This document shows positions 1 to 9,305 of a stretch of 32,000 bases of DNA, one piece after another. The stretch lies in assembly GCF_000014785.1 (NCBI RefSeq), contig NC_008340.1, forward strand, positions 1,620,001-1,652,000, read 5' to 3'. Both the position numbers and the translations under genes were made by a program. Positions within the stretch are counted from its first letter, which is position 1; each line of letters opens with the position of its first letter. The DNA comes from Alkalilimnicola ehrlichii MLHE-1 (lineage in GTDB: Bacteria > Pseudomonadota > Gammaproteobacteria > Nitrococcales > Halorhodospiraceae). The notes beneath the pieces were generated by a model, which was not told where the DNA came from, searched no databases, and was given only the letters and a program-made list of their open reading frames with translations.

Positions 1-777
1 GATGTTTCGTGGACGGTGGGTGACCCTGATCCCGAGTCCCGCCTGATCGAGGCCATGGGGCCAAAGACCCGCCTACTGGCGGTGAGCACGGTGCAGTACG
101 CCAGCGGTGAGCGGATGGACATCGCGCGCCTGGTCACCGCCTGCCGGGAGCGGGGGGTGCTCTGCTGCGTCGACGGGATCCAGAGCCTGGGGGCGCTGCC
201 CCTGGATGTGGCGGCGCTGGCGCCGGATTTTGTGGTGGCGGATGGGCACAAGTGGCTGCTGGGCCCGGAGGGGTTGGGTTTTATGTACGTCCGCCCGGAG
301 CTGATCGGCCAGCTCCAGCTCTATCAGTACGGCTGGCACATGGTGGAGCACGCGGGGGACTACGACCGTAGTGACTGGGCGCCGGCCGCCAGTGCCCGTC
401 GCTTCGAGTGCGGCAGCCCCAATATGCTCGGGGTGCACGCGCTGGTGGCCAGCGTCAGCCTGCTGCTGGAGGTGGGGCCGGACACGATCGCCGAGAACGT
501 GCTCGATAACACCCGCCACCTGATGGACTGGGTGGATCAACGGCCGGAACTGGAGCTGATCACGCCCCGGGAGGGGGGGCGCCACGCGGGCATCGTCACC
601 TTCCGGGCCCCGGGGGCGGATGCCCGTGCACTGTGGAAACGGCTCTCATCGGCGGGTGTGGTCGCCGCCCACCGCATGGGCGGCGTGCGTTTCTCGCCCC
701 ATTTTTACACCGAGCCAACCCGCCTGGAGTACGCCACCGAGCAACTCCTCGCCGCCCTGCCCCACTGCCGGGCTTGA
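1..777 (+). CDS. class V PLP-dependent aminotransferase (cysteine desulfurase-like), C-terminal part; the 5' end lies outside the window
   Basis: The frame is open from base 1, and the listed start at 16 is only an internal GTG. The translation carries 'VVADGHKWLLGPEGLGFMYV' (PLP-lysine HK motif) and the overall class V aminotransferase pattern. Confidence 0.8.
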   Translation, partial: DVSWTVGDPDPESRLIEAMGPKTRLLAVSTVQYASGERMDIARLVTACRERGVLCCVDGIQSLGALPLDVAALAPDFVVADGHKWLLGPEGLGFMYVRPELIGQLQLYQYGWHMVEHAGDYDRSDWAPAASARRFECGSPNMLGVHALVASVSLLLEVGPDTIAENVLDNTRHLMDWVDQRPELELITPREGGRHAGIVTFRAPGADARALWKRLSSAGVVAAHRMGGVRFSPHFYTEPTRLEYATEQLLAALPHCRA

Positions 778-803
778 GCGGGCGGGGCAGGCACCGCGAG
801 GCC

Positions 804-1166
804 TCACATGGTGTGGGTGGGGCGGTCCGACTCCAGGGCGCCGGCCAGGTACTCCTCAATCTTGCGGCGGGCGGCGCCGTTGTCCTTGTCGGAGAACTGC
901 ACCCCGACGCCGGCGGTGCGGTTGCCTTGGGCCCCCTGGGGGGTGATCCAGGCGATGCGCCCGACCACCGGGATCTTCTCCGACTCCTCCATGAGCGAGA
1001 GCAGCATGAAGACCTCGTCGCCGAGCTGGTAGCTTTTGCTGTTGGGCACGAAGAGGCCACCGTTTTTCAGGAACGGCATATAGGCGGCATAGAGGGCCGA
1101 CTTGTCCTTGATGGACAAGGACAGAATGCCGTGACGACTACGGGGCTTACGAGGTGTTTCCGCCAT
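804..1166 (-). CDS. pilZ: type IV pilus assembly protein PilZ (founding PilZ type)
   Basis: 120 aa. 'GILSLSIKDKSALYAAYMPFLKNGGLFVP..GDEVFMLL..ITPQGAQGNRTAGVGVQF' matches my memory of P. aeruginosa PilZ. The ATG at 1166 is preceded by GGAGGAG. The gene lies just downstream of holB, as in Pseudomonas. Confidence 0.88.
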   Translation of the reverse strand: MAETPRKPRSRHGILSLSIKDKSALYAAYMPFLKNGGLFVPNSKSYQLGDEVFMLLSLMEESEKIPVVGRIAWITPQGAQGNRTAGVGVQFSDKDNGAARRKIEEYLAGALESDRPTHTM

Positions 1167-1237
1167 ACGCTGCTCTCCTCCCTGCCGTTAGTCTCCCACG
1201 CCCGCCCCGGGATTGAAACCGGCGCAGGGCAGCGGCG

Positions 1238-2251
1238 TCAGACCGCTTCCAACCAACCCACCAGCAACGACTCCCTGACCAACTGCGGATTGAGCGGGTG
1301 GCCCTGGCGGTACTGGGCCTCGTGGACCGCCTCCAGGTGGCCGAGGACGGCGGTCGGGGTTGTCTCCGCCGCCAGCGCCCGGAGCGGGGCGGCGGGCGCA
1401 GCACGGCTCGCCTCCGCCCCCCCGGCCTGGAACCGGGCCAGTTCGGCGAGCAGGGTGGCCAACACATCCAGAAACACCGGAAGGTCCAGGTCGGCCCAGT
1501 CGCGGGCCAGCGCGATCGGGTCCTGGCGGCCCTGGTGCAGGGCGAGCAGATCCGCGGCGAGGCGATCCAATCGCTCGGGTAGCCCCGCCTCCTCCCAGGC
1601 CAGCCCCCGGAAGGGCGCCCCCCCGGCCAGCGCCAAGGTGCGCTCGGTGACGGTCAGCCCCTGGCCCCGCAACCCGCTCAAGGCCCTCTCCGCGGGCGGG
1701 ACCGGTATCGTCAGGTGGCGGCAGCGACTGCGGATGGTGGCGGGCAGTTGCGCCGGGCGTGAGCTCACCAATACCAGGAGAGTGGTGGCGGGCGGTTCCT
1801 CGAGGGTCTTCAGCAGGCTGTTGGCCGCATTGACGGTCAGGGTGTCCGCCGGATCGATCAGTGCGATCCGCCATCCACCGAACCGCGCACTCAGGTTGAG
1901 AAAGCGTCCGAGGGCACGCACCGCATCGACGGTAATCACCGCCCGCTCCTCGGGCGCCAAGTGGCGGAAATCCGGGTGCAGGCCCCGAGCCAGCGCGCGA
2001 CACGATTCACAACGCCCGCAGGCCCGGCCCCCCTCGCCCGGCTGGTGACAGAGCAAGGCACGCACCAGGTGGCCACCCAGCAGCGACTTACCGGTGCCCG
2101 CAGGCCCGGCCAGCAACAGCGCGTGTGGCAGCTGCCCGGACGCCGCCTGGCGCAACAGTTCCGAGAGCCTGTCGTCGAGCCACTCCGGCACCGATCCGGT
2201 CGGTGGGGTCCAAGCCGGTTCCGCCAGCTCGCTGGCTGGGGTATCCGCCAT
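1238..2251 (-). CDS. holB: DNA polymerase III delta' subunit
   Basis: Start chosen at the internal ATG (2249-2251, 'MADTPASE..'), which overlaps the tmk stop by 1 nt. Supporting motifs are 'HALLLAGPAGTGKS', the Zn module 'CGRCESCRAL' and 'LLKTLEEPP'. The resulting 337 aa is the usual size. The 127-codon upstream extension in the ORF track overlaps tmk and is an artefact. Confidence 0.9.
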   Translation of the reverse strand: MADTPASELAEPAWTPPTGSVPEWLDDRLSELLRQAASGQLPHALLLAGPAGTGKSLLGGHLVRALLCHQPGEGGRACGRCESCRALARGLHPDFRHLAPEERAVITVDAVRALGRFLNLSARFGGWRIALIDPADTLTVNAANSLLKTLEEPPATTLLVLVSSRPAQLPATIRSRCRHLTIPVPPAERALSGLRGQGLTVTERTLALAGGAPFRGLAWEEAGLPERLDRLAADLLALHQGRQDPIALARDWADLDLPVFLDVLATLLAELARFQAGGAEASRAAPAAPLRALAAETTPTAVLGHLEAVHEAQYRQGHPLNPQLVRESLLVGWLEAV

Positions 2252-2904
2252 CAGTGCGCCTCCGTGCCGCTGAGCCAGCGCGTGACCGCCGAGGCCAGGG
2301 CCTCCTCCAAGGCAGTTAACACGGCCTCCAGGGGTTGACCGGCATCCACCCGCCGGATGCGCTCGGGGAAGCGTTCTGCCAACGCCGCGTAACCTTCGTG
2401 CACGCGCTCGAAGAACCCGTCCCGCTCCTGCTCGAAGCGGTCGGGGGCCTCGCCCCGGCCGGCGGCGCGAGCCAGGCCGGTTTCCACCGGCACATCCAGC
2501 CAGAGTGTCAGGTCCGGGCGCAGCGCACCCTGGGTCCAGTCCTCCAATGCTGCAATCCGTTCGGCACCGAGACCCCGGCCCCAGCCCTGGTAGGCGTAAC
2601 TGGCGTCGGTGAAACGGTCGCAGACCACCCACTGGCCCCGCTCCAGGGCCGGCCAGATCCGTTTGTCCAGGTGCTCGGAGCGGGCCGCGAACATGAGTAA
2701 CGCCTCGGTGGCGGGGGCCATGGGCGGCTCCGACTGACCGAGCAGCAACGCCCGGATGCGTTCCCCCAACGGGGTGCCGCCGGGCTCCCTGGTCATCACC
2801 GCGTCGATCCCCTGCCGTTGCAGGTACTCCCGCACGCGGGTCAGGGCGGTGCTCTTACCCGCCCCTTCCAGCCCCTCCAGCGTGATAAAACGGCCCCGGG
2901 TCAT
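2251..2904 (-). CDS. tmk: thymidylate kinase
   Basis: 217 aa, with the P-loop 'FITLEGLEGAGKST'. The ATG overlaps the mltG stop (ATGA). Confidence 0.95.
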   Translation of the reverse strand: MTRGRFITLEGLEGAGKSTALTRVREYLQRQGIDAVMTREPGGTPLGERIRALLLGQSEPPMAPATEALLMFAARSEHLDKRIWPALERGQWVVCDRFTDASYAYQGWGRGLGAERIAALEDWTQGALRPDLTLWLDVPVETGLARAAGRGEAPDRFEQERDGFFERVHEGYAALAERFPERIRRVDAGQPLEAVLTALEEALASAVTRWLSGTEAH

Positions 2905-3917
2905 TCGCCCTCCCCCAGAATGTAGCGGCGCACGGCACGGTTGTGTTCCGCCAGGGTGCGGGAGAATTGGTGGCTGCCGTCGCCGCGCGAGACGAAGTAG
3001 AGGTAGTCGTGGTCCGCCGGGTTCACGGCCGCGCGGATCGAGGCGCTGCCGGGCATGGCAATGGGCGTCGGGGGCAGGCCGTGGCGGGTGTAGGTGTTAT
3101 AAGGCGTGTCCCGGCGCAGATCGGCGCTGCGTATGCGCCCGTCATAGGCCTCACCCATGCCGTAGATGACCGTCGGGTCGGTCTGCAGGCGCATGCCCTT
3201 TTCCAGCCGCCGGGTGAAGACGCCGGCCACCTTCGCCCGCTCCCCGTCCCGCCCGGTCTCGCGCTCGATGATGGAGGCCAGAATCAGCGCCTCGTAGGGC
3301 GTCTCCAGGGGCAGTCCGTCGGCCCGCGCCGCCCACTCCTCCTCCAGGCGGCGCTCCATGCGGCGCATGGCGCGGGCCAGCAGGTCACGGTCGGTGGTCC
3401 CGCGGGGGAAGGTGTAGGTACTGGGGTAGAACCAGCCCTCCGGGTGACGATCCGGCTTGCCCAGCTCGGCCATCACCCCCTCATCGTCCAGCCCCTTAAG
3501 GGTCTGCTCCAGGGCCGGGTGGGCTTCGATGAGACGCCGCATCTGGCGGAAGGTGAGGCCCTCGACCACGGTGATGCGGTGCTGGACGACCTCGCCTCGG
3601 GCGAACCGCTCCAGGGCATCCAGCACGCTGATGCCCGGCTCCAGGGCGTACTCGCCCGCCTGGACCCGGGCGTCGTCGCCGGTATAGCGGGCGTACAGCC
3701 GCAGGGCCAGGCCATCCTCGAAGGCCGTCTCCCGCTCCAGCCGCTCAACCACTTGGCGGAAGGAGGCGCCCCGGGGGATCTCGATGACCACCGACTCCCC
3801 GTCCGCTGTGATAGGCGCAGTGAGCCGGTCCCAGGCCTGCCAGGCCCAGGCACCGACCGCCAGGGCGGCCATCACCAAGAGCAGCGTCGTCAGCAGCGTG
3901 AGACGGGCCCAGTTCAT
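2901..3917 (-). CDS. mltG: endolytic murein transglycosylase MltG (YceG family)
   Basis: Start taken at the ATG at 3917 ('MNWARLTLLTTLLLVMAALAV', a TM anchor), which overlaps the pabC stop (ATGA). YceG-like motifs include 'ILASIIERE' and 'YNTYTRHGLPPTPIAMPG'. Confidence 0.9.
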   Translation of the reverse strand: MNWARLTLLTTLLLVMAALAVGAWAWQAWDRLTAPITADGESVVIEIPRGASFRQVVERLERETAFEDGLALRLYARYTGDDARVQAGEYALEPGISVLDALERFARGEVVQHRITVVEGLTFRQMRRLIEAHPALEQTLKGLDDEGVMAELGKPDRHPEGWFYPSTYTFPRGTTDRDLLARAMRRMERRLEEEWAARADGLPLETPYEALILASIIERETGRDGERAKVAGVFTRRLEKGMRLQTDPTVIYGMGEAYDGRIRSADLRRDTPYNTYTRHGLPPTPIAMPGSASIRAAVNPADHDYLYFVSRGDGSHQFSRTLAEHNRAVRRYILGEGE

Positions 3918-4771
3918 GCTTCGCCCCGCCCCGGACCGGGGACGACGCCCTGAGCGCACAGCGCCTGCTGCAGCCGCCGGGTGACGGGGCCCGGGGCGGC
4001 CCATACGGTCCCGTCCGACAGGCCCCGCACCGGCCAGATGCCGGCCAGCGAATTGCTCACAAACACCTCGTCCATCCCTCTCAGGGCATTCGGATCCACC
4101 GGTGTCACTTCGTAGGGGATCTGCAATTCATCCGATAACAACATGATATTACGACGCATAACCCCGGCGACACCACAATCGTCCAGGGGCGGGGTGATCA
4201 GGGTCTCGCCGGCCACGCCGAACAGGTTGCTGGCCGTGCCTTCGATCAGCCACCCCTCTCCATCGCGGACCAGGCCCTCCGCCCAGCGCTCGTCGCTCCA
4301 TTCACTCCGGGCCAGGACCTGCTCCAGGCGGTTGAGGTGTTTGAGGCCGGCCAACAGCGGCTGGCGGGCCAGCCGAGTTTGACACAGAAACAGCTCGATG
4401 CCATTGCGCCAGTGCGTCTCAGGCCAGTCCGGCCAGGGGTGGAGGGTGAGGATGCGGGTGCCCTCGGGCTCAGCGGGTGGGGCATACCCCCGGCCGCCGC
4501 TGCCGCGGGTGTAGAGCAGCTTGAGCAGCCCATGCCCGGTGGGCTGCTGCCGGCAGAGGGCGCGGGCCTCGCGCCAGAGCGGCTCCGCCGGAGGCTCCGG
4601 CAGCTGCAACCGGGCGCAGCCAGCACGTAGCCGGTCCAGGTGCGCCTCCCAAAGGCGGGGCCGGCCGGCCACCACAGCGATGGTCTCGAACAGGCCATCG
4701 CCGTAGGCCAGGCCCCGATCGTTCACGGCAATCCGGTCGCAGGGAACGCCGTTGACCCAGGTGACCGCCAT
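3914..4771 (-). CDS. pabC: aminodeoxychorismate lyase (class IV aminotransferase fold)
   Basis: 285 aa. 'DRGLAYGDGLFETI' is a class IV PLP enzyme signature. The position between fabF and mltG is the conserved one. Confidence 0.85.
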   Translation of the reverse strand: MAVTWVNGVPCDRIAVNDRGLAYGDGLFETIAVVAGRPRLWEAHLDRLRAGCARLQLPEPPAEPLWREARALCRQQPTGHGLLKLLYTRGSGGRGYAPPAEPEGTRILTLHPWPDWPETHWRNGIELFLCQTRLARQPLLAGLKHLNRLEQVLARSEWSDERWAEGLVRDGEGWLIEGTASNLFGVAGETLITPPLDDCGVAGVMRRNIMLLSDELQIPYEVTPVDPNALRGMDEVFVSNSLAGIWPVRGLSDGTVWAAPGPVTRRLQQALCAQGVVPGPGRGEA

Positions 4772-4785
4772 GGCCGGTCCGCGGC

Positions 4786-6024
4786 CTAGACGCGCCGGAA
4801 GACCAGACTGCCGTTGGTCCCGCCGAAACCGAAGGAGTTGGACAGGGCCACATTCATGGTCAGGTCCCGGGCCTCATTGGGCACGAAGTCCAGCCGGCAG
4901 TCCGGGTCCGGCTCCTCGTAATTGATCGTTGGTGGCGCCACCTGATCGCGCAAGGCGAGCAGTGAGAAGATCGCCTCCACCCCGCCGGCGGCGCCGAGCA
5001 GGTGGCCGGTCATGGACTTGGTGGAACTCATCGCCAGGCGATCGGCGTGGTCCCCGAAGGCGGTGCGCACGGCCTCCACCTCAACGCGGTCACCGGCCGG
5101 TGTGGAGGTGCCGTGGGCATTGATGTAGTCCACCTGATCGGGCGTGATGTGCGCATCCCGCAGCGCATGCACCATGCACCGACGGGCGCCGTCGCCCCCC
5201 TCCGCCGGCAAGGTGATGTGATAGGCGTCGCCGCTCATGCCAAAGCCAGCCAGTTCGCCGTAAATGGTCGCACCGCGGCGCTTGGCCGCCTCCATCTCCT
5301 CGAGCACCACGATGCCGGCGCCCTCGCCCAGGACGAAGCCGTCCCGTCCCTTTTCAAAGGGGCGGCTGGCCTGAGCGGGCTCGTCATTGCGGTTGGAGAG
5401 CGCCCGGGCGGCGGCAAAGCCCGCCAGCCCCAGGGGCGAGATGGGCATCTCGGAGCCGCCCGCCAGCATGGCGTCCACATCACCATAGGCGATGGCGCGG
5501 GCCGCCTGGCCGATGTTATGGGTGCCCGCGGCGCAGGCGGTGACCGTGGCCAGGTTAGGCCCCTTAAGGCCGTAGCGGATCGAGAGGTGGCCCGAGGCCA
5601 TGTTGATGATGCTGCTGGGGACGAAGAAAGGCGAGATGCGGCGGGCACCGCTCCGGTTCAGCACGGCCATGTTGGCCTCGATCCCGCTGATGCCACCAAT
5701 GCCTGAACCGATGGACACCCCAATGCGGTCCGCGTTCTCGTCGCTGACGGCCAGGCCGGAGTCCTCCATGGCCTGCACACCGGCGGCAATCGCATAGTGG
5801 ATGAAGGGGTCCATCTTGCGAGCTTCCTTGGGCGACAGGTACCGGCCGACGTCGAAGCCCTGAAGCATGGCCGCGAACTGTACCGGGAACTCACTGGCAT
5901 CGAAGCGGTCGATGCTGCGGGCAGCGGACCGGCCGGCCAGGATGTTTTCCCAGGCCTCATCTACGGTATTGCCCTGCGGGCACACCAGACCCAGCCCGGT
6001 AACTGCTACTCGACGTTTGGACAC
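4786..6024 (-). CDS. fabF: beta-ketoacyl-ACP synthase II
   Basis: Start taken at the GTG at 6022-6024 ('[14 protein letters not shown]..'), with GAGGGG 7 nt upstream. KAS II motifs are present ('TACAAG', '[11 protein letters not shown]', '[10 protein letters not shown]'). The upstream ATG at 6078 would run through the acpP terminator. Confidence 0.93.
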   Translation of the reverse strand: MSKRRVAVTGLGLVCPQGNTVDEAWENILAGRSAARSIDRFDASEFPVQFAAMLQGFDVGRYLSPKEARKMDPFIHYAIAAGVQAMEDSGLAVSDENADRIGVSIGSGIGGISGIEANMAVLNRSGARRISPFFVPSSIINMASGHLSIRYGLKGPNLATVTACAAGTHNIGQAARAIAYGDVDAMLAGGSEMPISPLGLAGFAAARALSNRNDEPAQASRPFEKGRDGFVLGEGAGIVVLEEMEAAKRRGATIYGELAGFGMSGDAYHITLPAEGGDGARRCMVHALRDAHITPDQVDYINAHGTSTPAGDRVEVEAVRTAFGDHADRLAMSSTKSMTGHLLGAAGGVEAIFSLLALRDQVAPPTINYEEPDPDCRLDFVPNEARDLTMNVALSNSFGFGGTNGSLVFRRV

Positions 6025-6074
6025 GTTTGCACCCCTCAAGCCTGTCAGCCGCGCCGGGCCCCGACGGGGGCGGC

Positions 6075-6108
6075 ACAAAAAATCAGGGCCGGCGCTTGGC
6101 CGGCCCTG
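6075..6108 (-). terminator. intrinsic terminator downstream of acpP
   Basis: On the minus strand, CAGGGCCGGC-CAAGC-GCCGGCCCTG forms a 10-bp GC stem with a 5-nt loop (6084-6108). It is followed directly by ATTTTTTGTG (6075-6083). Confidence 0.75.
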
Positions 6109-6145
6109 GGGCGCCGATCACGACTGAAGCCAGCCTGGGCCCGGT

Positions 6146-6385
6146 TTAGGAGCCCAGATGCTTGTTGATGTAGTCGACCGCCTGTTGAACGGTGGTGATC
6201 TTCTCAGCTTCTTCGTCAGGAATTTCGCACTCGAACTCCTCCTCGAGCGCCATGACCAGTTCCACGGTATCCAGCGAGTCAGCGCCAAGATCGTCGACAA
6301 AGGAGGCCTCACCGCTCACCTCTTCCTCTTTGACCCCAAGCTGCTCGACGACGATTTTCTTAACGCGTTCTTCGATGCTGCTCAT
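6146..6385 (-). CDS. acpP: acyl carrier protein
   Basis: 79 aa. '[23 protein letters not shown]' contains the phosphopantetheine-attachment DSL motif. Confidence 0.97.
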   Translation of the reverse strand: MSSIEERVKKIVVEQLGVKEEEVSGEASFVDDLGADSLDTVELVMALEEEFECEIPDEEAEKITTVQQAVDYINKHLGS

Positions 6386-6440
6386 TTTGATGCGTCCTCC
6401 GAAAGGGTTTCCTGGCGCAGTCGCTTGGCTGCGGGCCGGT

Positions 6441-6470
6441 ATTGTATGTGAACTCCACCGGCCGTGCCAC
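6441..6470 (-). promoter_or_regulatory. candidate sigma70 promoter for acpP
   Basis: On the minus strand: GTGGCA (6465-6470), an 18-nt spacer, then TACAAT (6441-6446), about 55 nt upstream of the acpP ATG. Motif match only. Confidence 0.35.
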
Positions 6471-6513
6471 CAGCCACGACCACGCGCACGCTAACACAAA
6501 CCAAAGCGAATCG

Positions 6514-7269
6514 TTAGCCCATATACATGCCGCCGTTGACATGCAGGGTGCTACCGGTGATGTAACCGGCCGCCGGTGTGGCCAGAAAGCCCACGGTGGC
6601 GGCAATGTCCTCGGGTTGGCCCAGGCGCTCCAGCGCGATCTGGCCCACCAGGGCCTCACGCTGCGCCTCGGGCATCTCCCGAGTCATGTCGGTTTCGATA
6701 AAGCCCGGTGCCACGGTGTTCACCGTGATCCCGCGGCTGCCCAGCTCACGGGCCAGGGAGCGGGTCAGGCCCTCCAAGCCCGCCTTGGCGGCGCAGTAGT
6801 TGGCCTGACCGGCGTTACCCGCAGACGCCACCACCGAACCGATGTTGATGATCCGGCCCTGGCGGGCCTTCATCATGCCGCGCATGCAGGCCTTTACCAT
6901 CCGGAAAGCGGAGCTGAGGTTGGTGTCGAGGATCCGACTCCAGTCCTCCTCCTTCATGCGCATCATCAGGTTGTCGCGGGTGATGCCGGCGTTGTTCACC
7001 AGCACCGTCGGGGCGCCGAAGTCGGCGCCGATGGCCTTGACCACCTCGGCCACCTGGTCGGGATCGGTCACGTCCAACACCCGGCCGCCCCCGGCGATGC
7101 CCTGGGCGCTCAGGGTCTCACCGATGCGCTCGGCGCCCTTCTCGGAGGTGGCGGTGCCCACCACCGTTGCACCCATGGCGCCCAGTTGGAGCGCGATGGC
7201 GCGGCCGATTCCGCGGGTGGCCCCGGTGACCAGGGCCACCTGATTCTCCAGCGCCTGATTGCTGAACAT
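6514..7269 (-). CDS. fabG: 3-oxoacyl-ACP reductase
   Basis: 251 aa short-chain dehydrogenase/reductase (SDR): 'VTGATRGIGRAIA', 'NNAGI', 'YCAAKAG'. Lies between fabD and acpP. Confidence 0.95.
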   Translation of the reverse strand: MFSNQALENQVALVTGATRGIGRAIALQLGAMGATVVGTATSEKGAERIGETLSAQGIAGGGRVLDVTDPDQVAEVVKAIGADFGAPTVLVNNAGITRDNLMMRMKEEDWSRILDTNLSSAFRMVKACMRGMMKARQGRIINIGSVVASAGNAGQANYCAAKAGLEGLTRSLARELGSRGITVNTVAPGFIETDMTREMPEAQREALVGQIALERLGQPEDIAATVGFLATPAAGYITGSTLHVNGGMYMG

Positions 7270-7290
7270 GGCTGAAAAGCTCCTTGTTAG

Positions 7291-8235
7291 TTATTGACTT
7301 GCCTTGGCCTTTTCCAGGCTCTTCGCATCCGCAAGGGCCACGACGGGCAGGCGACGCTGAATCCGCCGGTTGAGGCCGGCAAGGACCTTGCCCGGGCCGC
7401 ATTCCACCACCTGGGTGACACCCTGATCCACCAAGGCGTGGATGGTCTCCACCCAGCGGACGGGGTTGTGCAGTTGGGCGATCAGCCGCTCGCGGATTGC
7501 ATTCGGGTCACTTGCGGTCTGGACGTCCACGTTGTGCACGACGGGGATGGCCGGTGCTTCCAGGGGGATATCGGCCAGCACCTCGGCCAGGCGCTCGGCC
7601 GCCGGCTTCATCAGGGCGCAGTGGGAGGGAACGCTCACCGGGAGGGGCATCACCTTCTTGGCCCCGGCGGACTCGCAGGCCGCCATGGCCCGCTCCACCG
7701 CAGCTCGGGCGCCCGCTATAACGACTTGACCGGGGGCATTGAAGTTGACCGCCGAGACCACCTCGTCCCCGGCGGCCGCGGCGCAGGCGTCGATAACCGC
7801 CTGATCGTTCAGGCCCAGGACCGCCGCCATGGCGCCCTGCCCGGCCGGAACCGCCTCCTGCATAAAGCGGCCGCGCTGAGCGACCAGGCGCACCGCATCC
7901 TGGAAGCCCAGGGCGCCGGCGCAGACCAGGGCGGTGTACTCGCCGAGACTGTGCCCGGCCAACACCGTCGGCTCGGCACCGCCCTCCGAGCGCCAGGCCC
8001 GCCAGGTGGCGACCCCGGCGGCCAGCATGGCCGGCTGCGTGTAGTCGGTGCGGTTAAGGGTGTCTTCCGGGCCGTTGCGGACCAGGTCCCAGAGATCGGC
8101 GCCGAGGGCATCCCCGGCCTCCCGGAAGGTCTGTTCCACGACGGGGCTGGCCGAGGCCAGATCGTCCATCATGCCGACGGACTGGGACCCCTGGCCGGGG
8201 AAGACAAAGGCGAGCTTGGTGTCGTTATCGCTCAT
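7291..8235 (-). CDS. fabD: malonyl-CoA:ACP transacylase
   Basis: 314 aa, with 'AFVFPGQGSQ' and the active-site 'GHSLGEY'. Confidence 0.95.
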   Translation of the reverse strand: MSDNDTKLAFVFPGQGSQSVGMMDDLASASPVVEQTFREAGDALGADLWDLVRNGPEDTLNRTDYTQPAMLAAGVATWRAWRSEGGAEPTVLAGHSLGEYTALVCAGALGFQDAVRLVAQRGRFMQEAVPAGQGAMAAVLGLNDQAVIDACAAAAGDEVVSAVNFNAPGQVVIAGARAAVERAMAACESAGAKKVMPLPVSVPSHCALMKPAAERLAEVLADIPLEAPAIPVVHNVDVQTASDPNAIRERLIAQLHNPVRWVETIHALVDQGVTQVVECGPGKVLAGLNRRIQRRLPVVALADAKSLEKAKASQ

Positions 8236-8333
8236 GATCCGTTGTGCCGTGTCTATGCCGTGAGGATTGCGTATCCAATCGATTCCGCGGAGCGGTTTGC
8301 CCGGCCGCGATCGCCCGCGGCCGGGCTTGCCCC

Positions 8334-9305
8334 TTAGTACCGGATCAGGGCGGAGCCCCAGGTAAAGCCGCCACCGAAGGCCTCCAGCAGGAGCAAATCG
8401 CCCCGCTTGATCCGGCCGTCACGGATGGCCGTGTCCAAGGCCATGGGGATGGAGGCCGCCGAGGTGTTGCCCTGCTTGTCCACGGTGACCACCACCCGCT
8501 CCATGGGCATCTCCAGCTTGCGGGCAGTGGCCTGGATGATCCGGATGTTGGCCTGGTGGGGCACCAGCCAGTCGATGTCGCGCTTCTCCAGCCCGTTGGC
8601 GGCGAGGCTCTCATCGACAATACGGCTGAGGGTGCGCACCGCAACCTTGAAGACCTCGTTGCCCTGCATGGTGATGTAGGGCCCCAGGGCGTCGCGCTTC
8701 TCATACCCCTGCCCCGGCCCCCACGGCACCCCGAGGAGGTCCTGATAGCGCCCGTCCGAGTGCAGATGGGTGGAGAGAATGCCCGGTTCCTCACTGCGGT
8801 CCAGGACGACGGCGCCGGCCCCGTCACCGAACAGCACACAGGTGGCGCGATCGTTCCAGTCCAGGATCCGGGTCATGGTCTCGGCGCCGATCACCAGGGC
8901 GCGGCGCACGGCACCGGTCCGGAAGAACTGATCGGCGACACCGAGGCCATAGACGAAACCGGAGCAGGCGGCGGACAGGTCGAAGGCCAGCGACCCGTGC
9001 CGCATCCCCAGCCGCTCCTGCAGCAGGCAGGCGGTGCTGGGGAAGACCCGATCGGGGGTGCAGGTGCCGACGATCACCAGATCGATGCTGCTCAGCGAGA
9101 CATCGGCCGCCTCCAGGGCACGCCGGGCGGCCTCCTCGGCCAAGTCACCGCAGGTTTGATCCGGCGCCACGCGGCGGCGCTCGGTGATACCGGTGCGCTC
9201 GCGGATCCACTCATCGGAGGTGTCGATGAGCCGCTCGAGATCGTGATTGGTAATCACTTCGTCCGGCAGGTAGCTGCCGGTGCCGATGATACGCGCGTAG
9301 CTCAC
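8334..9305 (-). CDS. fabH: beta-ketoacyl-ACP synthase III
   Basis: 323 aa. Motifs include 'AACSGFVY' (active-site Cys), 'VPHQAN' and 'GGGFTWG'. The GTG start overlaps the plsX stop (GTGA). Confidence 0.94.
   Translation of the reverse strand: MSYARIIGTGSYLPDEVITNHDLERLIDTSDEWIRERTGITERRRVAPDQTCGDLAEEAARRALEAADVSLSSIDLVIVGTCTPDRVFPSTACLLQERLGMRHGSLAFDLSAACSGFVYGLGVADQFFRTGAVRRALVIGAETMTRILDWNDRATCVLFGDGAGAVVLDRSEEPGILSTHLHSDGRYQDLLGVPWGPGQGYEKRDALGPYITMQGNEVFKVAVRTLSRIVDESLAANGLEKRDIDWLVPHQANIRIIQATARKLEMPMERVVVTVDKQGNTSAASIPMALDTAIRDGRIKRGDLLLLEAFGGGFTWGSALIRY

Noticed and set aside
633-2048. A 471-aa plus-strand ORF, with several 100-270-aa ORFs nested in it on both strands, lying over pilZ and holB.
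   Set aside because: These are antisense or off-frame shadows of pilZ and holB in GC-rich DNA. Their composition is Arg/Pro/Ala/Gly-dominated, they have no SD or family signal, and the real genes fully explain the region.
2252-2632. An in-frame upstream extension of holB. Similar extensions exist for mltG (3918-4004), fabF (6025-6078), exbB (21313-21414), comEC (23622-23651) and lolD (25052-25312).
   Set aside because: The extensions overlap the upstream gene or a terminator and have no similarity to the families concerned. The internal starts have SD sequences and/or stop-start overlaps and give orthologue-like lengths.
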